Source: Cetorhinus maximus (taxonomy: Eukaryota). From it: a stretch of DNA of 64,000 nucleotides. The translations under genes and the position numbers were made by a program. How positions within the stretch are numbered: position 1 is the first letter of the stretch; the number at the start of each line of letters is the position of its first letter. The notes under the pieces are model-generated. The model was not told the DNA's origin and made no database searches. It worked only from the letters and a program-made list of their open reading frames with translations. The stretch is taken from assembly GCF_964194155.1 (NCBI RefSeq), contig NC_135882.1:117986001-118050000 (forward strand), read 5' to 3'. Positions 1-13,130 of the stretch are shown here, one piece after another.

Positions 1-1420
1 AAATCTTCCCTAACCTTCAAAATCCACCTTCTCTATTTCCCAACCAGATTTCAAAGTGCTCCAGTGCCTTCCTTGCAGAAATATCTGCCTGAGAAGACAC
101 TTGTCCTTGGCAACATTAGCCTGAGCCCACTCACTTGGTTTACCTGTCTTCCATTTGCTTCACAGCCTCATCCTTCAAACACTTCTATCTACACGAAACC
201 CATTCCATTGACTTTGCTATCACATAAAACTACTTTTCAAGGCCATAGTTACTGACTGGACCTTTTTCCAATCACCTTCACATATTTTACTGTAAAAAAA
301 AAAAAAATCCTGATATCCATTTCTAACATTTTCACTCTAACATCTTCCAATTCTGAATTTACTCTTCTCTAAAATTGGACTTTTCAATCTGTGTTATTAT
401 TATCTTGAATACAACCTGAGCGCTCTCTGCCCCAGATTGCTTCTTACCCCTATTTACTCCCAATACAAAAACTGTCTTTGTGGTCTCACCTGTAAGCTAA
501 AGACCAGAATACATGAACACTTTTACAAGTTTCCTTCTGTTCACTGCCAAATCTGTCATGACCAACTGTCATGCAATATGGATCCTCCTCATAAAAAGTT
601 CTTATCCCTTTGGAGGGTTGGGCAGCCCCAAATTTTTCTCTTCAGCATAACTTGCCTCTTCATCTCGTTCCAAGGAGCTGGTACATTTATTTGTTTCTAA
701 AATTGAGGACACCTTCTGTATTTCATCTACTTTATTCCTCCTTCTCTGCTCCTTTCCATTTCTCCTAAACCCACCCATCTTCTAAATTGTTTCTTAGCCC
801 AGAATCTCTACATTATGGTATCTCTTCTCCCAGTCCTTTCATGAAGCTCACTGCCTGCTCTCTTGACCTTCCCCTTTTAACTCGACTCTTGACTTCTAAA
901 CTTGTTATCTCAATTCCAGTAGCATTGTCATCCTTCCCTTCTTCTAAGATTATTCCCACATCTTTTAAAACTGATATTGTTACCCCCTTTCCTTAAACGA
1001 CTGTCCTTTCCTCTCACTATCCTTCAAATTAAAATCCTGTCTCCAAACTGACTTTTTCTATTCACAGTTTGAATGTTTGTTGCTGCACAAGTGCCACCCT
1101 TGCCTCTTTCACTACTTCATGATGTGGTCCCTCTAATTGGATTTCTGGCTAGTTCAAACCACCCTAGTTAAAATAATTAATTGTATTCTATGTGGCACCA
1201 CTGATACCCTGAATGTCATTATTCTCTTGTAGTTCCACTCCTATCTGTTACTATGTATCCTCAAATAATTTCTACTGCCATGCCTGCAAAGGCATTTATG
1301 AGCAAGCTGTCTTGCTCCCTTCCGATTCATCACCTACATTCTTAACCTTTGGCAAAATCATTCACAAGTGTTAATTTTCGTCTATGTGAACACTTTTTAT
1401 ACCCATCTCATATATCTTTA

Positions 1421-1559
1421 TGTAAAAGCGAAATACTGTGGATGCTGGAAATCTGAAATAAAGTCATAAGGTGCTGTAAAAACTCAGCAGGTCTGGTAGA
1501 ATCTGTGGAAAGAGAAACAGAGTTAACGTTTCAAGTCCAGTATAACTCTTCTTCGGAAC
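1421..1559 (-). mobile_element. Solo Penelope-type terminal repeat (~140 bp) with hammerhead-like motif
   Basis: Homologous to the 3' end of the GIY-YIG element at 45479-45630. Flanked by TATCTTTA at 1413-1420 and 1560-1567. Confidence 0.7.
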
Positions 1560-2104
1560 TATCTTTAAGTCACCACGGTTGACTCCAGGCTGGAATTGTT
1601 CTATCTGATTGCTAGCCCATTATCTAATTTAGACAAACACACTTGGGCCATTTTCCTTGTTACCCACTTGCTGTGCCTTCAGTTGCCTCTCTTAAATTCC
1701 TTCTCCTCACTACCCCACACCCCCCCAACCAATCCCATCACACCTTGCTCAACGTCCACTTTTTTTTCTCCTTGCCACCCTTATCACATAGTCTCTGGTG
1801 TCTCGTAAATGAGATCTGCTATATAAATAGAACTTGTGGGTTGTAGGAGTAAATATATTGTTTTTGGATTTAAAATAACAATTGGGCAAGAGGCTAAAGA
1901 TCACTTGCTGGTTAATATTAAAAACGTCAATGAAGAATCACCCCAAAATAAGTTTTAAAAATTTGTTCAAATTTTTCACATGAAACAAATGTTTTTTGAA
2001 CTTCAATGTTAATTTTGCAATTCCATGGTGCTCCTCTACTTGGCTTAGAAGACTTGATGTGGAAATACAGTTGGCTACTGTGTAAAGATGCAACAGCATC
2101 TCTA

Positions 2105-5100
2105 GGGGGAGGCTGTGGCATAGCGGTATTGCCATTGGACTGGTAATCCAGAGACCTAGGGCAATGCTCTGGGGACCTGGGTTCGAATCCCGCCGTGACA
2201 GATAGTGAAATTTGAATTCAATCAAAATCGTAATGTCCTTTAGGGAAGGAAATCAGCTGTCCTCGCCTGGTCTGATGTGACTTCAGTAATGTGGTTCACT
2301 CTTCAATGCCCTCTGAAATGGCCCAGCAAGCCACTCAGTTGTATCAAACTGCAAAAAAGTTAATAAAATTCAATGAAACCATCCGAAACCAACCAGAAAC
2401 GACAATGGCAAACTCAGCCCTGTCAACTCTGCAAGGTCCTCCTTACTCGGGGTGAGGGGTGAGGGGTGGGCCAAAACTGGGAAGGTGGCAGCACAGAGGT
2501 ATACAATCGGGAGGGAGTTGTCATGAAAGTCCTCAACACAACTCCGAAGACTGATGGCATCACGTCAAACATGGGCAAGGAAACTTCCTGCCAATTACCA
2601 TGTACCTCACCTGCCTCAGCTGATGAATCAGTACTCCTACATGCTGAATAACACTTCAAGGAAGCACTTGAGGGTGACAAAGGTGCAGAATGTACTCTGG
2701 GCGGGGGACTTCAATGTCCATCACCAAGAGTGGCTCGGTAGCACCACCTCAGACCGAAAGGCCGAATCCTAAATGACATAGCTGTGAGACTGGGTCTGTG
2801 GCAGGTGGTGAGGGAATCAACAAGAGGGAGAAACATACTTGACCTCATCCTCACCAACCTGCCTGCCACCGATGCATCTGTCCAAGACAGTAGCAGTAAG
2901 AGTGACCACCGCACAGTCTTTGTGGAGATGAAATCCTGTCTTCACATTGAGGAAGCCCTCCATCATGTTGTGAGGCACTATCACTGTGCTAAATGGGATA
3001 GATTTCGAACAGATGTAGTAACTCAAGATTGGGCATCAATGAGGTGCCGTGGGCCATCGAGATTGTACTTGAGCACAATCTGTAACCTCATGGCCTGGCA
3101 TATCCCCCACTCTACCATTACCACCAAGCCAGGGGATCAACCTTGGTTCAATGAAGAGTGCAGGAGGGCATGCCAGGAACAGCAGCAGGCATACCTAAAA
3201 TTGAGGTGTCAACCTGGTGAAGCTGTAACACAGGACTACTTGCCTACCAAACAGCATAAGCAGCAAGTGATAGACAGAACTATGCAATTCCACAACCAAC
3301 TGATCAGATCTAAGCCCTGCCACACCCAGTCATGAATGAAGGTGGACAATTAAAAAACTCACTGGAGGAGGAGGAGGAGGAGGCTCCACAAATATCCCCA
3401 TCCTCAATGATGGAGGAGCCCAGCACATCAGTTCAAAAGTTAAGGCTGAAGCATTCGCAACAAGCTTCAGCCGGAAGTGCCAAGTAGATGATCCATCTCG
3501 GCCTTCTCCGGAGGTTCCCAGCATCACAGATGCCGGCATTCAGTCAATTCAATTCACTCCATATTCACTCAAGAAATGGTTGAAGGCGCTGGATACTACA
3601 AAGGCTATGTAGCTGTAGGACTGAAGAGTTTTGCTCCAGAACTTGCTGTGCCCCTGGCAAAGCTGTTCCAATATAGCTACAACACTCCGTACAGGATATA
3701 CCTGTGCAATTTTCCACATTGTCCAAAGCAGGACATCAGTCTACTCTCCATCAGCAAAGTGATGGAATGAGTCATCAATAGTGCTATCAAGCAACACTTG
3801 CTCAGCAAAAACCTGCTCACTGAAGCTCAATTTGAGTTCCACCAGGGTCACTGAGCTTCTGACCGCGTTACAGCCTTGGTTCAAAAATGGACAAAAGAGC
3901 TGAACTCCAGACGTGAGATGAAAGTGACTGCCCTTGACATCAAGGCAACATTTGTCCGAGTATGGCACCAAGGCGCACTAGCAAAACTGGAGTCAGTGGG
4001 AATTGGGGAAAACTCTACGTCATACCTAGAGGACAAAAAGATGGTTGTGGTTGTTTGAGGTCAGTCATATCGGTTCCAGGACATCACTGCAGGAGTTCCT
4101 CAGGATAGTGTCTTAGGCCCAACCATTTTCAGCTGCTTCATCAATGACCTTCCTTCCATCATAAGGCCAGAAGTGGGGATGTTCACTGATGATTGCACAA
4201 TGTTCAGCACCATTCACGACTCTTCAGATACGGAAGTAGTCGATGTCCAAACGCAGCATGACTTGGACAATATCCAGGCTTGGGCTGACATGTGGCAAGT
4301 AACGTTCGTGCCACACAAATGCCAGGCAACAATCATCTCCAACAAGAGAGAATCTAACCATTGCTGAATCCCCCACTATCGACATCCTGGGGGGGGGTTA
4401 CCATTGACCAGAAACTGAACTATGAAACCATGAGACATAGGAGCAGAAGTAGGCCATTCGGCCCATTGAGTCTGCTCCACCATTCAATGAGATCATGGCA
4501 GATCTGATAATCCTCAACTCCACTTTCCTGACTTTCCCCCATAACTTTTGATTCCCTTACTGATTAAATATTTGCCTATCTCAGCCTTGAATATACTTAA
4601 TCACCCAGCTTCTACAGCCCTCTGCGGTAAAGAGTTCCACAGATTCACTACCCTCAGAGAAGAAATTTCTCCTCCTCTCAGTCATAAATGGGTGACCCCT
4701 TACTCTTGAGATTATGCCCTCTGGCCCTAGACTCTCCCACAAGGGAAAACATCCTCTCAGCATCTACCCTGTCAAGCCCCCTAAGAATCTACTATGTTTC
4801 AATAAGGTCACGCCTCATGCTTCTATACTCCAGTGAGTACAGGCCCAACGTACTTAACCTCTCCTCATAAGAAAATCCCTCCATACCCAGGATCAACCTA
4901 GTGATCCTTCTCTGGACTGCCTCCAATGCCAGTATACCTTTCCTTAGATAAGGGGGCCAAAACTGTTCACAGTTGTATAGATTTAGCAAGACTTCCCTAT
5001 TTTTATACTCCATTCCCTTTGAAATAAAGGCCAACATTCCATTTGCCTTCCCTAGTACCTGCTGAATTTATATTCTAGCTTTTTGTGATTCATGCATGAG

Positions 5101-8100
5101 GGCCCCCAAATCACTCTGTGTTGCAGCTTTCTGCAGTCTTTCTCCATCTAAAAAATATTCAGCTCCTCTATTCTTCCTGCCAAAGTTCATAACTTCACAT
5201 ATTCCCACCTTATATTCCATCTGCCAGGTTATTGCCCACTCACTTAACCTGTCTGTATCCCTCTGTAGACTCCTTGTGTCATCCCCACCACTTGCCTTCC
5301 CACCTATTTTTGTGTCATCCGCAAACTTGGCAATAGTACATTAATTTCCCTCATCCAGGTCATTAATATATATTGTAAATAATTGTGGCCCCAGCACCGA
5401 TCCCTGTGGCACTCCACTAGTTACAGGTTGCCAAGCTGAAAATGCTCCCCTTATCCCCTACCCTGTCTTCTCTTAGTTAGCCAATCCTCTATCCATGCTG
5501 ATCAACTACCCTCAACACCATGGGGCTCTTATCTTATTAAGTAGCATTATGTGCGGTAACTTATCGAATGCCTTTTGGAAATCCAAATATATTACATCTA
5601 CTGGTTCCCCTTTATCTATCCTGCCTGTTACCTCCTCAAAGAATTCTAATAAATTTGTCAGGCAAGATATCCCCTTCATGAAGCCATGCTGACTCTGCTT
5701 GATTATATTATGCATTTCTAAATGCTCTGCTGTTATACCCTTTATAATAGACTAACATTTTCCCAATGACAGATGTTAAGCTAACGGGCCTATAGTTGCC
5801 TGTGTTTTGTCTCCCTTTTTGAATAAGGGTGTTACATTGACAGTTTTGCAATCCTCTGGGACATTTCCAGAATCTAAGGATTCTTGGAAGATTACTACCA
5901 GTGCATCCACTATCTCTGCAGCTACTTCCTTGAATATCCTAGGATGCAACCCATCAGGCCCAGGGGACTTAGCGGCCTTTAGCCCCATTAGTTTCCCTAG
6001 TACTTTTTCTCTAGTGATAGTTATTGTATTTATTTCCTCCCCAGCTTTTGTCCCTTGATTTTTTGGTATGCTACCATTGTCTTCTACCGTGAAGACTGAT
6101 GCAAAGTATTTATTCAACTCCTCTGCCATTTCCTGGCTCCCCATTATTATTCTCCCACCCTCATTCTCTAAAGGGCCTATGTTCACTTTGGCGCCACTCT
6201 TCCTTTTTATATATTTAAAGAAGCTCTTAAATTACTTGCTAGTTTACCCTCAAAGTTTATTTTCTCCCTCTATTATTTTTTTGGTCATCTTTTGTTGGTT
6301 TTTAAAACTTTCCCAATCCTCTGGCTTACCACTAATCTTTGCCACATTGTATATTTTTCTTTCAATTTGATACTATCCTTAATTTACTTGGGTAACCATA
6401 GTTGATTTATCCCCTCCCTAGAATCCTTCTTTCTCACTGGGATATATCTTTGTTTTGAGTGATGAATTATTTTCATAAACGTCTGCTATTGTTCATCAGC
6501 CATATTTTCTGCTAAACGCCTTTCCCAGTCCACACCAGCCAACTCTGCCCTTATTCCTTGTAATTACCCTTAAGTTTAACACAGTTGTTTCCGACCCAAG
6601 TTTCTCACACTCAAACTGAAAGCTAAATTCTAGCATGTTATGGTCATGGTTTCCCAGGGGATCTTTTACCCTGAGATCATTATTAAATCTGCCTCATTAC
6701 ACATTACCAGATCCAAAATAGCCTGATCCCTGGTTGGATCCACAACATGATGCCCTAGGAAACTGTCCTGAGTACGCTCTGCTCGTGGCTACCTCTGCCA
6801 ATTTGATTTTCCCAATCTACATGAAGAATAAAGTCACCCATGATTAATGTGCTGTCTTTTTTACATGCCCTCATTACCTTCTGATTTATTCTCTGTCCTA
6901 CAACATAGCCACTGTTCGGGGGCCAATAGACTACTTCTACCAGTGTCTTCTTCCCCTTGTTATTTCTTACCTCCACCCATGTGGATTCTACATCTTCCGA
7001 TCCAAGATCATTTCCTGCTATCGTACTTATTCCATCTCGTACTAACAAGGCTACCCCACCACCTTTTCCTTCCTGCCTGTCCTTTCGAAAAGTCAAATAC
7101 CCCTGAATATTTAGTTCCCAGTTTTGATCTCCTTGTAACCATGTCTCCTTAATGGCTATAAGATCATACCATTAACCTCTATTTGTGCCGTTAATTCATT
7201 TACTTTGTTCCGAATACTATGTACATTTAAGTAAAGGGCCATTAATTTTGCCTTTTTATCATTTTTTCCCTCTTTGCCCCTATTTGCTGCTTTTTTTAAT
7301 GTTTGGACACTTTGCGCCTTCTTGTCACACTTTGGGTGTCACTGCCTAAATAGCTACCCTGCAATGTTGCCAAATTCTTTTGCTTTGTAAGCCTACATAT
7401 CCCATCTCCAGAACCCTCCCCCCTCTTCTATTTAGTTTAAAGCCCTCTCTATGGCCCTAGTCATTCGATTCACCAGGAAACTGGCCCCAGCACGGTTCAA
7501 GTGAAGTCTCACCCACCGAAAAAGCTCCCTTCTACCCCTGTACTGGTGCCAGTGCCCCATGAACTGAAACGCATTCGTCTCTCACCAATCTTTGAGCCAC
7601 GCATTTAACTCCTTGACTTTATTTACCCTATGTCAGTTTGCCTGTGGCTCAGCTAGTAATCCTGAGATTATTACCTTGGAGGTTCTGCTTATTAATTTAG
7701 CTCCTAACTGTTCAAATTCTTTCAGTAGAACTTCCTTTCTAGTCGTATCAACGTTGTTGGTACCAACGTGGATGACAAAAACTGGGTCCTTCCCCTCCCA
7801 CTCCAAGTTCCTCTCTAGCCCTGAGGAGATGTCCTTAACCCTGGCAGCGGGCAGGTCTCATCTCTACGGGACTGTCGCTCACAGCTGCAGAGAACAGTAT
7901 CTATCCCCCTAATTACACTGTCCCTTACCACTACTGGGTTTCTATTTCCTACCCCCACTTGAATGGCTCCCTGTACTGCGGTGCTGTGGTCGGTTCACTC
8001 GCCTTTCCTGCAGTCCCTGTTCTCGTCCACATAGCTTGGAAGACCCTCGTAACTGTTGGGCAATTGGAGGGGCTGAGGCTCCTTGAACACTACCCCTGGG

Positions 8101-9245
8101 ATCCCTACCTGCCCCACCTGCAGTCACACACTCCTGTCCCTGATAATAGACCAAATTTGAATTACCTAATCTGAGGGGTGTGACCGTCTCCTGGAGCAGT
8201 GTCCAGGTGACTCTTCCCCTCCCTGATGTGCACAACGTCTGCAGCTTGGACCCCAGCTCCTCAACTCAGATCCAAAGTTCCTCGAGCTGCAAACACTTAC
8301 TACAGATGTGCTTGCTATGGATCACCTTGGTGTCCAACAGATTCACACATGCTACAGCAGCAAGACACTACCCGTCCTGCCATCACTGACTTATTTAATT
8401 TGTTGATTAATTCCTCTAGTATCCCCGCTTTTTACACTTTATTGTAATTATTTTTTTTACCAGTATTGATCTTATACTTAACAAGTTATTTTTAAGAAAG
8501 AGAAAATAAAGACTAGAGACTTAAACATAAACTATAGACCTTAATTTTACTTTAAAGACTAAAAATACTCACCAATCAGCGGGCTCGCCCCGCTGTTTTT
8601 AAATGAAATCTCCCCGCTCTTTATTTAAAATGAATTCTCCACACTCTCCCTGCTTGGATTCTTAAGGACTAGCCAAATAAACACTGTGGCTACAAGAGCA
8701 GATCAGAGGCTAGGAAGCGTGTGGCGAGTAACTCATCTCCTGACTCCCAAAGCCTGTCCTCCATCTACAAGACACAAGTCAGGAGTTTGATGGAATACTC
8801 TCCACCTGCCTGGATGAGTGCAGTTCCAACGACCTTGAAGAAGCTTGACACTATCCAGGATGAAGCAGCCCGCTTGATTGGCACCCCATCCACCATCGAA
8901 CAGTGACAGCAGTGTATGCCATCTACAGGATACACTGCAGAAACTCACCAAGGTTCCTTAGGCAGTATCTTCCAAACCCGTGACCACAACCATCTAGAAG
9001 GACAAAGCCAGCAGGTACATTGGAACATCACCACCTGGAAGTCCCTGTCCAAGCCACTCACCATTCTGACTTGGAAATATATCGCTGTTCCTTCATTGTC
9101 ACTGGGTCAAACTCCTTGAACTCCCTCCCTAACAGCACAGCACTATGGGTGTACCTACACCATCATGGACTGCAGCAGTTCAAGAAGGCAGCTCACCACT
9201 GGCCTAGCCAGCGAAGCCCATATTCCGTAAATGAGTATATTTTTT
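2105..9245 (+). mobile_element. tRNA-headed single-ORF LINE, copy A (APE endonuclease + RT, CR1 group), split by a CR1 insertion at 4422-8665
   Basis: A box TGGCATAGCGG 2116-2126, B box GGTTCGAATCC 2180-2190. Decayed ORF motifs GDFNVHH, LDLILTN, SDH, PWFNEEC, ALDIKATF.RVWH, GVPQ.SVLGP, F.DDCT. The sequence GAAACTGAACT|GGACTAGCC resumes at 8666. Confidence 0.88.
4422..8665 (-). mobile_element. Near-full-length CR1 LINE (ORF1 zinc-finger/esterase remnants + ORF2), degenerate
   Basis: ORF2 fragments FRKDRQEGKGGGVAL, KSPGPDGLHPR, QHGFMKG.SCLTNLLEFFE, YLDFQKAFDK, LEAVQRR.TRLI. ORF1 remnants at ~7450-8390. Cleanly interrupts LINE copy A. Confidence 0.9.
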
Positions 9246-9806
9246 AAAAAGCATGTGGTTCCATAGAGGAATCTTTTCCAGTCCTGAGTTTGAGGTTTGT
9301 CTAAGCTTAAAAAAAATCATGCTGTGATGCAAAATGCTCAAACACACGAAGGGACGCTCGGGCATTTGGCCTTTTGGTAAAACTATAGTGTGCGCTATTG
9401 AGGAAATTTAAATTGGGAAATAATTATTTTTAATTTCCATAATTTAATCTTTCTTTTGCTTCATGTAATCCATTTTATAGACAGACCCAATAGAGAAAAG
9501 ACTGCTCAATTAATTTGAATTTTATGTCAAGTTCATATATTCAAAACAAGCAGATAAATATCAAAGAATATCTTCACTTTACAAATTCAATGCATCTAAA
9601 ATTCAGGTTTATTGTGATTCGTTTAATGTGTAACAATAATTTAGTAAGATTTTTAAATAAATTCTGATGACTGATTTGCTCCCAATATGTTAACTTCTTT
9701 TCTCTGTGTTCATACATTGACAGACCTGCTGTGTATTTCCAACATTTGCTGTTTAATAAAAAGTCCAGAATATATGTAAATTAATTTTCTCTTTCTTTTT
9801 TACTAG

Positions 9807-10012
9807 CTTGTTGACAGTACCTTTAAGCCCAAAGATTCAAGCACTCAATCTCCACTGTAATCAAATAAGCAGAATTGAAGGCCTTAGCCGAGTGTGGCAG
9901 TTGCGACATCTTGATCTCTCCTCCAATCAGATTACTCGTATTGAAGGATTGGAGACATTGGTGGCCTTGCGTACGCTAAATCTGTCCTGTAACTTAATAA
10001 CCAAAGTAGAAG
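9807..10012 (+). CDS. LRRCC1: LRRCC1 internal exon (probably exon 2), leucine-rich repeats
   Basis: Polypyrimidine tract + AG at 9805-9806, GT donor at 10013. Peptide LLTVPLSPKIQALNLHCNQISRIEGL..WQLRHLDLSSNQITRIEGL..LRTLNLSCNLITKVEG matches the LRRCC1 N-terminal LRRs as I recall them (NLHCN..LDLSSNQI..LNLSCNLITKVEG). Confidence 0.93.
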
Positions 10013-10710
10013 GTTTGTAAATTACAATGCAATGAAATCATATTTGAAACATTTGAAGTTATGTGATGTGCTAATTCTGCATTTACTTAAAACCTTGTTT
10101 TAGTTTACAGTTAAGTATTGAATACAGTTTTGGGCACCCCATTGTAGAATGAACATTTAAAAAAAGGGTAAAGTGTAACAGGGATTAATTACGATATTGC
10201 CAGAAATTAAGTGTTACAGTTAGGAATGGACACTTGAGAAACTGGATTTTCTTGCTGGAATTGAGAAAGTCCAGAGTTAACCTTACAAGAGGCCTCCAGA
10301 TTGGAAAGGCTTGTAATGTGTTAAAGCCACTGGTTAGCTTTTTCTGAGAGTCAGTGCAGTTAGGATGTGCTAAGTGGCCTCATGTACTGTAAAACTCAAA
10401 GATTCTATTAAAAAAATATATATATAATCTTCCTTCACTCCAATAATTTGAAGTTATTATTTATACCTGTTATGGATGCCACCTATTATGTAGATATTGA
10501 AGTGGATTGGCTGCTTGGTTTCAGAGCAGCAAAATCAAGTAGCAGTTTTGTAACTGGGATTTCCAGTTTATAATTTGCCATTATACGAGAGCATTAAAAT
10601 ACAGGCTTTATTTTTGTTTTTGTGGATATCTTTATCAAGATGGTTTTTGATCTGGACAGTACATAAAGCCTGTTGACAATAACATTTGAAAAGTATTGTT
10701 CTCTTTTTAG

Positions 10711-10776
10711 GACTTAATGGACTCATCAATTTAACTAGATTGAATTTATCGTATAATCGTATTACTGACCTAACTG
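10711..10776 (+). CDS. LRRCC1: LRRCC1 internal exon (66 nt, one LRR)
   Basis: ctctttttAG acceptor, GTAAGT donor, phase 1-1 continuing the previous exon: (G)LNGLINLTRLNLSYNRITDLT(G). Not in the ORF track. Confidence 0.92.
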
Positions 10777-11137
10777 GTAAGTAAAGGTTCTCTTGCAACT
10801 TCCGATATTACTTTACTAAACAAATATATTGCTACAGTGGGAGAAATGTCATTTTAAGTTTAACGAATTATAGTTGTTTGCATTTGCCTACCTGTTTCCA
10901 CAATCAATTTTGAAGTCTGTAATCTTGCTATACTGTATATTATTCTGCTTATCCTGGAAGATGCTCTATTAGAAAGTCCTATGTGATGGTGACAACGGTA
11001 AGCTACTCCTCCTCCTGCTTCTTGACCTGTCTGCAGACTTTGACACAGCTAACCAGACCATCTTCCTCTAATGCCACTGTTAACCAGCTGGATGGGACTG
11101 TACTCACCTGGTTCTATTCTTATCAGTCTAATCATAG

Positions 11138-12207
11138 TGTCATGACAACAGGAAACTGACTGAGTAAGATCTACAGACAACTTCACCAGCTAACGATAGA
11201 CATATTGACTGTTTAAAGAAGACTTTTTTTTAAAGAGTACAAGCAAAGACACTGATCAAAAAATGGCTGACACGAGTCACCTGATGCCTGATACTGTAAG
11301 TTAACCACTTCTCTAGAAATTTTCTATATGAATTGCATTGCAGAACTATTGCATGGAACTTCACACCTGGGGGGTGTCAAGGTCCACTTCAAACAGGGAC
11401 TCTCTTGAAAGGAAGGCATTAAAAATGCAAAGTGTTGGACTTTGATCAGCTGTAGTTCTATCAAGACAATGGGATATGCTAATCAGCCAGATACTCAGCA
11501 GAAATTCAAAACCCCTGTGGAGGTCGAAATAACCCCCATCTCCTGTTGATTTCTTTCTTGAAATGTGTCAAAGGTTTTGGAAATGAAAAGATCAAAAAAA
11601 TGGAATTACTTGGTCTACAACGGTGACTGAGAGACATGCTAACCAAATTCCTTTCTGGGAATATAGACAGGAGTTTTAAACCAGTTTTAAAAACTGGTTT
11701 TACCAAGCAGAATCAGAAGGAGGAGGAAAAAGAAACATCTGTCACCTGAAAACATTGCTGAAAGAGAACAACAAAGATCTCTGTCTCAAGCTAAAAGTGT
11801 GTCAACAAAGTGCAGACCTGAACAAAGTCAACTACAGAATTCTACAGGAAACCAACTAACTTCGAACAGTTGCAACATTCAACAATCTGTGCCTCAAAGA
11901 CAAGCAAAGGACTTAATCGTATATTCTTTTAACTTTTTATTGGACTCTAACTTCTTTACTTCTGATACTGGTGCGTGTGTCATTGCGCCTTTATTATTAT
12001 CTTTTCTCGGGTTTAGTAACTAATAAACTGACTCTTCCTTTTGACTCAAGAAAATCTGGTTTGATTGGCTCCTTACTAACAAATAAATACACTTGTGGGA
12101 TTAGAAAAGGCATTTACGGGGAAAAGAAAAATTGAAAACCTTTGTTGCCAATCGAGGGGGCTGAATAGAAGCGGAGCCAGCTCAATCCTCCTCACCTGAT
12201 CATAACA
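11138..12207 (+). mobile_element. Solo LTR (Gypsy/ERV-like), 1070 bp
   Basis: Termini TGTCATGA...TCATAACA form an imperfect inverted repeat, with AATAAA at ~12022 and ~12082. It interrupts the L2 sequence. The candidate 4-bp TSD is only partial (ATAG/GTGG). Confidence 0.65.
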
Positions 12208-13130
12208 GTGGCCAGAGTATCAATTCCAGTGTCTTCTCTTAAAGCTCCCACACCATTACCTATGGGTGTCCCCTTTGGCCCCTTCCTATTTCTCATATAC
12301 ATGCTGTCCCTCGGCGACATCATCAGAAAGTACCATGTTAGTTTTCACATGTATCCTGATGACACCCAGCTCTCCATCACCACCATCTCTTTCTACTCCT
12401 CCACTGGCTGGTAAATTTTGAGGCTATATATATGACACCCAGTACTAGATTCTCTCCAATTAAATATTGGGAAGACTGAACCAATTTTCTTCACTTTCCC
12501 CTCAGAATTCTGTTCCCTAGCTACTGACTCCATCCCCTCTTTCTGGCAACTGCCTGAGACTAAACCAAACCATATCTCAACCTTGGTGTCATATTTGACC
12601 CTGAGATAATCTTCCAACTACACATCCACGCCATCACTAAGACTGCCTATTTCTACCTCCATAACATTGCTGGACTTCACCCTGGTGGCAGCACATCTGC
12701 TGCTGACCCCTCGTTCATGTCATTATTACTTCTAGACTTTACTATTCCAACGCACTTTTGGCTTTTTCCCAGATTCAACACTCCGTAGACTAGAGGCCAT
12801 CTAAAACTCTACTCCCTCTGTCCTTACTTGCCCAAATACTGTTCACCTATCATCCCTATGATCACTGATCTACATTGGCTCCTGGTCAAGCAATGTTTGC
12901 CTTCATTGTAAAATTCTCATCACTCAATTCCTTCTAAGACCCCACCCCTCTTTCTCGATAATCTCCTCTGGTCCCTCAACCTTTGGAGATATTTGTGCTC
13001 ATCTAATTCTGGCTTCTTGATTATTCTTAATTTTAATTCCTCCACCACTTGTGTCCTTCAGCTGCTTGTGCCCTAAGCTCTAGAATTCCCTGACTAAACT
13101 TCTTCAATTTTTCCTTTAAGATGCTCCTTT

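Noticed and set aside
1-1420. Possible LRRCC1 first exon or promoter
   Set aside because: Pyrimidine-rich decayed repeat-like sequence with no CpG island and no recognisable LRRCC1 N-terminal coding exon. Exon 1 is probably upstream of the window.
2105-2200. Functional tRNA gene
   Set aside because: The A and B boxes are good, but I could not form a convincing cloverleaf, there is no downstream T-run terminator, and the sequence runs into a LINE in two copies.
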